A stretch of 64,000 nt of DNA from Giardia intestinalis (Eukaryota). The position numbers and the translations under genes were made by a program. The stretch is from assembly GCA_000002435.2 (NCBI GenBank), contig CM018793.1; one strand, written 5' to 3'. The notes beneath the pieces are model-generated. The model saw only the letters and a program-made list of their open reading frames with translations. It did not search any database and was not told the DNA's origin. Below are positions 40,218 to 49,387 of the stretch, in pieces (within the stretch, counting starts at the first letter, position 1; the number at the start of each line of letters is the position of its first letter).

Positions 40218-41285
40218 ATTAAAGATTATATAAAATATTTGGTTTAATAGAAATTATTTGTAATAGAGTATTTGTAATTTTATTGGTTTATCCTAACTTT
40301 TTCTGACAATCGTTCACTCCCTAAAATAGACACCTTTTAGGCACTAGCATCGTAAACGGTGCAGGACATAAGATCTAACATGCGTTGAAAGTTTCATCAC
40401 ACTAAATCTTCATAACCAACAAACTGGACAAAGTTCTTTTTGGAACTATTTAACTATCTGTCCAGTGCCTTAAAAAGATTTACTCTTCATTGCTATTGCC
40501 AAATTCAGGGTAATTCTAGCATTATACTCTGTACAACTCGGTCTCTTGCCAGATAAACATATTTACTATCGGCAATAACTTTGCTAGGTTACATGTAATA
40601 TAGCGAATGTTTATCGTACAATAATTGAAATTAGGCCTGTTGTCCACAAAAGTAATTTATTCTTAAAGTTACTCATTCTCTTCTAATGGAGTACTGTGCA
40701 CACAGTTCCTCTCTACTTATAAAAAGTTGACATTTGGATGCAACAACATCTTAACCAGCCTTGTAGAAAGAATCTCTATGTATGAAGCACTTCTAAGAAA
40801 TGTATTATAGTAACAACTTAAATAACATCAGACCTGTTTTAGTGTTTACCGTTGTGTTAGTCAATATTTTTATAACCATAAACAATTCTAGAGCAATTCT
40901 CCACGACAATATACCGCAGACTTCATAAGTGGTAACTATAAATTTATTCTACAATGGCACTACTACGGTTTTAAAGAAAATTGCTTCCTCATGAAACTTA
41001 CTGACTGGTTAGAAACAAAACTATTTATCATTAATTGATAATCATTAGAACTCCAGGCAGTATCTTTCAAATAACTCCCCGTTGCTTCTAATATATAGTG
41101 AGGGAATATTTACCACTTGTAAGATTATTTGAAAAGTTCATTAAATAGCACTTCCAATATCAGCATCTCTTACATTGAATAAATTTAGATGTTATTTGAA
41201 CAGAAAATTATCTTTAAACTTACTATTAATAGTCATCATATAGTGCTAAAAGCAATGGAGACAAGGATATCTGATAGAGGAGCGT
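40218..41285. other. about 1.07-kb strongly AT-rich, ORF-free island, compositionally anomalous for Giardia
   Basis: By eye about one third G+C, against about half in the flanking genes. No ORF longer than 60 aa. Bounded by the tRNA on one side and a GC-rich retroelement remnant on the other. Confidence 0.6.
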
Positions 41286-41299
41286 CATGTATGAGTTTC

Positions 41300-44200
41300 T
41301 ATATGTGGTGCCGCTGAGGCTTGTCGCGGTGCGGTCCAGAAATCTCACGGGCAAGCCTCGCTCAGTCCCTGACCAGCTCGGAGACGAAGGTTGGCTGCGG
41401 GCGTGCACATCGATCTTTTCGAGGTTTTCTTACGGGCTCGCTGGTCTACTAGGGTGCCTCTCCCTGTTCTCCCTTCACGATTGGCGAAGCTCTGGTCTTT
41501 GTTGTCATTCTCAATACTGTCCATGTAGATCAGCAGCAGCTAACGGGGCCCTCTCCACTGGCTGGGATTCCACTCGGTTGTGTGTCCAGTCTTGCGCCCC
41601 CTTTCGGTCGTTGTCGACAGGTCCCAGGGATGGATTCATTCGGTTGTCAGAAGTAGGATGACAGGAGGCGGTCGCTCTGGGTGGCCAGGCTTTCGGCCCG
41701 GTCGCGTCTGATCAGCTTCGTCAGGTGCTCGTTCGCCTCTGCAGCCATGTGGGCGATGGCGAAGGCAGCCCGGACAGAGAGCTTCTCGACGTCCACGTGG
41801 AGCTCCTCGAGGTGCCTCTTGGACCTGGGGTGGAGGGATCCGTCCGTCTCATAGATGATCGGGAGCGTCCCGTCCCTGTACTTCTTGGCCTTCTCGCTGT
41901 GGTATCCATCTGGCGGGGCTGGATGACACCCACGTCCACTGCCTTGCACTTGTCGACGAGCCAGATGTCGGGCTTCTGGTTCTGGTCGCTGAGGTGGCTG
42001 TGGGTCTTGACTTCCAGCTCCGGTTGAGCTTCCCCGAGACGCGGAGGTACAGGTACGCGACGATCATGTTGTGCCTCGTGGTCGAGGGTCTGCCGTGTGG
42101 CAGCCCGGGCAGGTGCCTCTTGTCTGCGCCATGATCGAGCCATCTCTCTCCTTCAGGGCCCTTTCCTCCTCGGTCAGCACGCCGCCGCTCTGTCCGGAAG
42201 CTGATGTGTGCGCGTGAGGAGGCGGTTGAAGTAGGTCCCCTTCCCCTGCAGTGCCTGGCCGCCCACCGACAGCTCCACCGGGTCCCTGGTCCCCTTGTTG
42301 ACGTCCGGGGAGGCCCATGCCCTCCGCAGCTCGTCGTGGCAGAGCCCCGGCATGAGCAGGCCCAGGCCGCTCTTCTCCTTCGGGTACGCCAGGAAGTCGA
42401 CCAGGCGATCGCAGCTTCTGCTGGTTAGCTTGTTGAAGCCTTGTGCGACGTCTGTCGAGCTCCTCGTAGTCCGCCTTGTCCGATGTCATCTCGACCAGGG
42501 GGGCGTAGTTCACCATCGGGACCACGCAGAGTGACAGCAGGATGAGCTTCTGGTGGGTGGTTATGGGGGCAGTCTCGGCACCTGCGATGGCCTTTGGTGC
42601 GGGACTGGCTGGAGTGGGGGACACCGGGTGGCTGAGGAAGGTCACCTCCTCGCCCGCCATGGTGGACTTGCATTTGTCGCTCCTTATCGTCAGGTCCATA
42701 GCCTGCTGTACTATTGCGCCTGCTGGGTAGGCCTCATCGTGGAGCGCCACGATGTCGTCTGCATAGGCAAGGAAGGCGATGCCTCTCTCCGTGAGGCGTC
42801 TCAGAGGCGCTCGATGGCCATGCAGAAGAGGAGCGTGCTGAGCGGGTCGTCCTGGGGGACGCCGCAGACCCCGCACTTCACGTCCTTGCTGTGCCTCAGG
42901 TCGAGGAAGTTCCTGATGTAGTCGACCAGGACCTTCGGGATGCCCGCCTCGTTCAGGGCTCTGACGACCTCTGCCCTCGGGAGCGAGTTGAAGGCCTTCT
43001 TTGTGTCGAGGGAGACGGCGTGCACCTGTCCTGCTGATGAGCTCGTGGGCCCTCCTCATGCCTACCGCGTATGCGTTCTGCATGAAGGCGATCTGTTCGC
43101 ACGAGAGGTAGTTGGCATGCTTGATCAGCCGCTTCAGCAGGACGCGGTGGAAGATGTTTGTCACCGTCTCGCCATCGCGATCGGACGGTATCCGTCGGAC
43201 TCCTTCGGGATGAGGATCGCCCGGAACTCGAACATGGCCATCACGTCGGACATCGCCTCGGGGTGGGTGGTCAGCTCGTTGTACGCCTGCGTGAGGTACT
43301 TCACGAAGTCGTCGTTCTGCTTCCTCGCTTTGAGCTGGACCGCCCGAGGCCTTCTTGTTGAGGGTCCCAACAGGGCCTTCCTCATTTCTTCTTCGGTTGC
43401 CGGCTCCAGCCCGTTGAGCTCATCGATGGAGGGTAGTCAAGGCTAACGTAGCCTTCGGGGGGACGCACGGGTGTAACGCGCTGAGGGCGGCCTTGGCTTT
43501 CTCCGGCTTGATGTCAACCATGGGCGTATCATCAAGGGCGCGGAGAGCCTTGGCAACTGCTCCGAAGCTCAGCGCGTTACTCACCCTGTTTGCTATCCGG
43601 CGCCTCGCCTTCTCGGGGTCTGGGTCTGCCTTACTCTGGGACTGCTCCGTGGTGTTGCTTGAGTCCTCCAGGCCTCCTACCAGGGCGTTCAGGCCCCTGA
43701 TTGCGGGGAGCGCGACCCCAGTCCCGGGCTGCTCGATGCTCGCGATCATGCGCGCACCCTGGTGGATGAGCATGGCAGCTGTCTGGTTCGGTATGTGGGA
43801 CGGAAGGATCGGTTTGTCGTCGCCCGGTACTCTGTGTCTGTCGTTGTTTGCTTCTCTTAGATGCTCGGTTGGTTGCTTGGCACCCTCGCACGGTAGGCCA
43901 CAGAGCCAGCGTGTGTGTCCTGCCGAGAGGGCAAACGTCTTCGGAGTGGTCTCCCAAGTAGAACCTCACGATTGCTCTCTGGGGCCCGGAGGTACGATCT
44001 TGCGTTCATGATGTGGATCGGGTCTTCGCGGGCTCTCCTTCGCCTCAGATCCAGCTGTGCACACTCCCAGTCTGGGCACACACCCGCAGAACAGCTGAGG
44101 AACGCAATAGCTCCTCCCTTCCACTACTGTGGTCATTATCATATTCCATAGCCAACCCTCGTCTCCGGACATCGCCAAAAATTGAGTGGGAATTTACTCG

Positions 44201-44347
44201 CGAGATTTGCGGACAGCACCCGCAGGCGAGGGCCCCAGCAGCACACCACTGGAAGCAACCGGTGGGTGGAGTAAATGATGAGCGAGGATGCCGTTCAACA
44301 TAGTGACTCGTACGATGGACTTACTCAGACTGCGGCCAGCAAACCAA
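41300..44347 (-). mobile_element. degenerate non-LTR retrotransposon remnant (dead GilD/Genie-like element) with a frame-shifted reverse transcriptase
   Basis: All minus strand. RT motif 1 ILIPKESDGYRPIAM is near 43165..43210. Motif A LDTKKAFNSL is near 42985. Motif B GVPQDDPLSTLLF is near 42869. Motif C FLAYADDIVAL is near 42765, followed by SDKCKS...FLSHP. These lie in different frames with an in-frame stop at about 43158. Confidence 0.6.
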
Positions 44348-44397
44348 CTTCTTTTTGAAGAGAAACGACAGATTTATTCATGAGACTACAGAGCAGT

Positions 44398-45279
44398 CTA
44401 TTGGTCATTGCAACCATTGACACTAGGTGTACTGCCCCTAAGGAGAGACGCTATCTCGAGGTATCCCCTAGAAGTAATCTTGTCAAAGAAATATTCATTA
44501 GACTTGTCTATCAGATGCCCCTCTTTTTCTAATAGAAGCTTTACCACTTCTAAGTGACCCTTTAGCGCTCTATGTTCAAGAGCAGTCATCTCATTCCTAT
44601 CCTTTACACCCCCCTCCAGATCTACTAACAATCTTGCTATTTCCACGTTCCCCATAGAAGCCGCGTTCATAAGCGCAGTCATACCTACCATGTTTTGTGC
44701 ACCACTGTCGTATCTTATTACCAACTTTGCTGTCTCTATGCAACCGCGTGTGGCTGCTCGCATAAGCCTCGTGTCGCCGAATGTATCGGTTGGCTCAAGA
44801 ATATTCACAATAATTTTGTGCCCTGCCTCCTTAGCAATCATCAGGGCCATCTTGCCTTCGCTGTCGATTAAGTTCTCCTCGTACGGAATCAGAACAGAAG
44901 CAGCCTCCGCATGGCCCTCCTGTGCGGCGATCATCAGAGCAGTACGGCTGTTCTTGTTTCTTCTCCCACATTCGTAAGGGGCAAGAATTTCAACTACCTC
45001 AGGGTGGTTGTTGTGTGCGGCGTGCATGAGTGCAGTCCAGCCGTTCTTGTCCTGGAGGCCCCTCTCTTCCTCAACAAGCAACTCGACGGGATCAGCGTGC
45101 CCCTGCTCGTCGCGCTGATCAACACCGAGTCTTTCTTCAAGCAGCATCCGGACGGTCTCTGTGTTATTCGTGTGCGCGGCACGCATCAGCCTGGGCAGCA
45201 AAAGGAGGCTGGACTGAGGGCCAGCCATATTCACTCTGTCATCGAACTGTGCAAGCCTACTCTCCAGTGCCTTAATCAT
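44398..45279 (-). CDS. ankyrin-repeat protein (293 aa), probably the C-terminal part of a disrupted NEK-ankyrin gene
   Basis: About 8 ankyrin units. ATG at 45277..45279 lies immediately downstream of the stop of the kinase-tail fragment. Confidence 0.55.
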   Translation of the reverse strand: MIKALESRLAQFDDRVNMAGPQSSLLLLPRLMRAAHTNNTETVRMLLEERLGVDQRDEQGHADPVELLVEEERGLQDKNGWTALMHAAHNNHPEVVEILAPYECGRRNKNSRTALMIAAQEGHAEAASVLIPYEENLIDSEGKMALMIAKEAGHKIIVNILEPTDTFGDTRLMRAATRGCIETAKLVIRYDSGAQNMVGMTALMNAASMGNVEIARLLVDLEGGVKDRNEMTALEHRALKGHLEVVKLLLEKEGHLIDKSNEYFFDKITSRGYLEIASLLRGSTPSVNGCNDQ

Positions 45280-45281
45280 AG

Positions 45282-46294
45282 CTAGATGTTCCTTACTTTG
45301 GTCTTCAAGTGCGTCGATCTAGTGGATTTAGTCTTAACATCCTCTTCCAGCAGCGCGATCCTGGCGTTAGCGCCATTCAGCGCAGCCTCCAAGGATCCGC
45401 ACTTATACTTCAGCATCACGCACTGACCCCCCAACTCACTAACTGGGATGTCGAATGTAGTGAGCGTCTCATGCAGCTCCCTGACCATCGGCCTCCTCTC
45501 TGGCTCCAGCACGAATATCCTCTCCAGAACACTCTTTATGAATCCATCAGTGAGACCGCTCAGGTCCGGCCTCCACCCGTCACGAAGACCTCTGCCGGCT
45601 CCTTGCCCCCCAAGAAGTCCGGTCTCCTCAGAGTTACTAATTCATAAATGATGACCCCGAGGCTCCATACGTCGGAGGCAGGGCTGGCCTCGTTGTGGAG
45701 GAGCACCTCGGGGGCAACGTATGCCATTATTCCTATGAGAGTGCTCCCGCATCTCAGGGCGTCCTTGCAGAGGCTGAAGTTGGCGATGACGAAGCGCTCT
45801 CCGTCTGCGCTAATAAGGACGTTGGCAGGCCTGAGGTTGCGGTGGACAAACCTCCTAGTATTTGCTCCATTGACACCGTGGAGGTAGGCGAGGGCGGCGG
45901 CAAGCTGCCTCACAATTGAGAGGATCACAGCGATAGGGACGAGGTTCTTCCTTCGCTTGTGCTCGGCGAGGAGGCGCTCAAGGGTCTTGTCGTGCCGGTC
46001 CATGACGACATAGATGAGGCCCTCGTCTTCGACTACTTGGTGGTGCTTGAGGACTCCTGGGTGGGAGAGGGTAAGGATGACGGTCAATCTTGTCTTGATG
46101 GCGTCCAGATCCCCCTTGTCCAGGCCGTCGATGAGGATCTCCTGCACAGCGAGGTCCGGAAAGTCCTTGAGGGAGTAGACTGTCACCATAGTGCTTTCAT
46201 TAAGCACATCACCTAACCGCTCATGAAGCTCCCTAGGGGTGAACGGTAAGACACTGACAGCTGTTGTTGCAGGCTCAGACGAGGAAGTGTCCAT
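45282..46294 (-). pseudogene. NEK-like kinase domain split by a frameshift near 45520..45560 and a stop at 45282 (pseudogene or sequencing error)
   Basis: Fragment 45560..46294 carries HRNLRPANVL, ANF (DFG position), APEV and DVWSLGVIIYEL. Fragment 45282..45512 carries the subdomain XI-like LEPERRPMVRELHE in another frame. Confidence 0.5.
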
Positions 46295-46599
46295 CCTGGT
46301 ATTATTTTGGTAATCTACCGTTTTGGAAACGATCCTTTCCACAGGAGTTTATGTCTACAAGTCTACAGCGGCCCTGTATCTGTGGGGGCTTCTGCATAGG
46401 AGATGAGAAGGCCACCTGCGCGACCGTTTCACCCACCGGCGTTCCAGCGCTGACCGAGGGTGAGAAGGCCTGCTCCCCTGACCTCTGCGGACACGGGTGG
46501 TTGTGTGCCCCACTGACAGCCAGCACTTCACCCTAGTGGCTGACCATCCCTTTGTACAGCTGAAGGGAGACTCTAGTCCCCGTCGGATGCAATCAACAG

Positions 46600-47271
46600 T
46601 TAAGCGCGTTCACTCACAAGCTTCCTGGGCTGCATCTGCAAGTATGGATCTACAATACCCTCACTCTCGAGAAAAGATGCTACCTCGGAGTTATTCCATC
46701 TATTGGCCATATGGATGGCATCTACGCCACTTATGTCCCTCTCCTTCTCCAGTAACAACTTGACACAGTCCAGATGATCATGCCTTGCTGCAAGCACGAG
46801 GGCAGTATAACCTCTGCCCTTCTGCATGCCGCCCTCAATCTTCAGGAGTAGTCTCACGACCTCGGTACGGCCAACAAGTGCCGCCCACATGAGGGCTGTC
46901 CACTCCTCACTGTCCCTCATGCCGCCCTCGCACCTCATCAGCAGCTTCACCGTCTCAACGTTTCCAAGCGCTGCGGCGACCATCAGGGCCGTCCCATCGT
47001 ATATCTCTACTCTCCCTGCCTTGACAAACCTCGCCATCATCCTTGCCTGATAAGGGATGTAGCGCTTCACCGCATCCACGTCGTTCCTCTTAGCTGCCTC
47101 CATAAGTGTGGTGACGCCGTCCTCGTCCACACTGCCTTCATCATCTGTCTGTGGAGACTCGGCGGGGCTGCTCTTACCTGCGCCCTCTTCGCTCGTGTCC
47201 TTCTCTGGCGCGAGGGGCGGGGCGCAGTCGTGCTTCTGAAGGAGTTGACCTGAATCATCCACAGACGACAT
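46600..47271 (-). CDS. ankyrin-repeat protein (21.1-like, about 224 aa); start could alternatively be the ATG at 47343
   Basis: Ankyrin units TALMEAA..NDVDAV.., TALMVAAALGNVETVKLL, TALMWAALVGRTEVVRLL. ATG at 47271 has aataaaa immediately upstream. Confidence 0.6.
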   Translation of the reverse strand: MSSVDDSGQLLQKHDCAPPLAPEKDTSEEGAGKSSPAESPQTDDEGSVDEDGVTTLMEAAKRNDVDAVKRYIPYQARMMARFVKAGRVEIYDGTALMVAAALGNVETVKLLMRCEGGMRDSEEWTALMWAALVGRTEVVRLLLKIEGGMQKGRGYTALVLAARHDHLDCVKLLLEKERDISGVDAIHMANRWNNSEVASFLESEGIVDPYLQMQPRKLVSERA

Positions 47272-47672
47272 TTTTATTCCATGGTCACAAAGGAAACGCG
47301 TGTACTGGTAAACTTGCGATTCACGGTATTGTTTACAGATCATCCAAGATAATTCACTTCACCGGTTATTTCCTGTGCCGTGCCCCTCTGTAGTAACAAG
47401 TTGACTGCTTAGGGGCAATGAACTCTCTGAGGCCTCTCTTCGGCAACCAGGAGCTCCCTGCTCTCGTGGGTGGAACCGACACCAGAACTAGTGCTCGTGG
47501 CGATCCAAGCAAGCCTCACTCATCCGACTGGGTCTACGTCGTCCTGTCCTGCAAGGCGTGCTTGATGGATGAATTGCGGCATCCGATCGTCACTGAGGGG
47601 GTTCCGCGGGCACGCACTGCTCGAGCATGTCTTAGAGCACCGCCTACAAGTCTATATACGGCACCAGTATGC

Positions 47673-47679
47673 GTTTACT
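47673..47679 (-). promoter_or_regulatory. putative poly(A) signal AGTAAAC, 20 nt after the VSP stop
   Basis: Plus-strand gtttact. Typical for VSP genes. Confidence 0.45.
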
Positions 47680-47698
47680 ACCTAAGTCACATCTAAAT

Positions 47699-48292
47699 CT
47701 ACGCTTTGCCCCGGCAGAGGAACCACCAGCAGAGGAAGCCGACGAGGCCCCCGACGACGATGACAGCGGCCACAGCGATGCCAGCTATGGCGCCCGTGGA
47801 AAGGCCGCTCTTGTTGACGCTAGAAGGCACGCACTTTTTATCATCACCTAGAACAAATCCGTCGTTACACTCTGTACACGTGCCGTCGGGACATGACTTG
47901 CAGTTAGGAAGATCGCAGCCAGCGGGCGCGTCCGCGCAAACACGCTCGTTCGCGGTGGGGCCGTACGGGCACTCGTCGTAGCATCCGCCCTTGTAGAGGC
48001 TGTGCGCGCCCGTGCATGCAGTGCACGTCCCTGCCTTATCGCTTGTACCGGCCGTGCACATGCCCGCGTCCGTCTTCGCCTTGCACTCCCCGTTCACCGG
48101 GACCTTGTCCCCTGTGCACTTGGAGCAGAAGGTCTGGCCCCCGATTTCCACGTTGCAGCTGTCGGCGGCGCAGTTTGTCGCGCCGGGGTTTGCGGCGGCG
48201 CACGGCGTTGGGTTTGTCTTTGCTTTACTTGCTGTTTGCGACGCCAAGGCCATTTGCAGGGCCAAGCTTACAAAAATAAGCTTATCGAACAT
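47699..48292 (-). CDS. VSP: variant-specific surface protein (short VSP, 197 aa)
   Basis: Signal peptide, repeated CxxC motifs, GGCY motif, a single C-terminal TM helix and the invariant cytoplasmic tail CRGKA. Confidence 0.85.
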   Translation of the reverse strand: MFDKLIFVSLALQMALASQTASKAKTNPTPCAAANPGATNCAADSCNVEIGGQTFCSKCTGDKVPVNGECKAKTDAGMCTAGTSDKAGTCTACTGAHSLYKGGCYDECPYGPTANERVCADAPAGCDLPNCKSCPDGTCTECNDGFVLGDDKKCVPSSVNKSGLSTGAIAGIAVAAVIVVGGLVGFLCWWFLCRGKA

Positions 48293-49387
48293 TGGGCCAG
48301 CGCTCGGGCAATAGCCATTTAGAAAGCAAGTTTCTTGAGAATTACGCCATGAAATGATGAAGATGGTATGATATTTGTTGTCGATACCAGGAGTGTGGCT
48401 TTCATCGACAAAGGGTGCCTAGATCAGTGTTCAGGAGAATAATAGAGTCACGTGCTGTCATCTACAGTATTTGGTGCAGAGAGGAAAGTGGAGGAGCTCA
48501 GATGAGAGTAAGTATGTAGCTAGAGGTACGCTATTATCAGTGACTGTTTGTTATGAAAGGAATAAGCAGGCCACAGCAGAGGCTTTCCTATCAGTCCTCT
48601 ACATTAGATCCAATGTGTCGCCGGGATCTCTGGGCGGTGCCAGCATCTAGCTGATGCACGCGACCGTTGTTGTTCAGCCGCCTATCTTGCCCACAGCCCC
48701 AGACCTGTCCCTGGGTCTTAAATCATCAGTGGTTTTCCCGCTCCCAGCAGCTCTGATCTGCGGGGGTATTGTCATTAGCTAACGGTAGAGCAAAAGATGT
48801 GTCCCTCTGGGTTATCAGACTCTTATGGCGTCATCTAATTAGCTTCACCTTATGCTTTTTCACCCGACTATCTTATAGATAAGACTCTGGATTAATACCT
48901 TTTGACGTTTAAAGAGTCCCTTGAGACTCCTCTTCGATTTGCGACAGAAGGAGCCGTCATACTATGGAATCCCCTGTCCAGTATCTCCATCTCTTCGTTG
49001 CAGAAGTCCATCTGGCAAAAATAACTTACATTCATCGTCTCTGCTTGTCGACAGGCAAAGTATCTAGCTTCTATTCTGATCATTTGGTGATTAGGCCTGA
49101 TCTGACTATTTAGTATGAGTCCGTTGCAGTCGTGTTGTGATTGAGCCATTTTTATTGCTCTTTTTTGTAGAAATCCCGCGCATTGATAAACAGTATGTAT
49201 TAAGAGTTGAGATGCACTAATGGAGAGACAATTGGAATAGGTCTTTTCCCGCAGGTTGTAGCCTTAAGTTTATGGTCAATAGCTTGCCTTCTCTTCTAGA
49301 CACAGTCAAAGGTTCAACGAAGCTCTACGAAGCGCTGTCTATGAAGAAGACCCGATGTCGCAATATGAACAGCATGCCCCACTTTCA

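Noticed and set aside
41287-41661. 124-aa plus ORF and other short ORFs over the retroelement remnant
   Set aside because: GC-rich chance ORFs. The coherent signal (RT motifs in order) is on the minus strand
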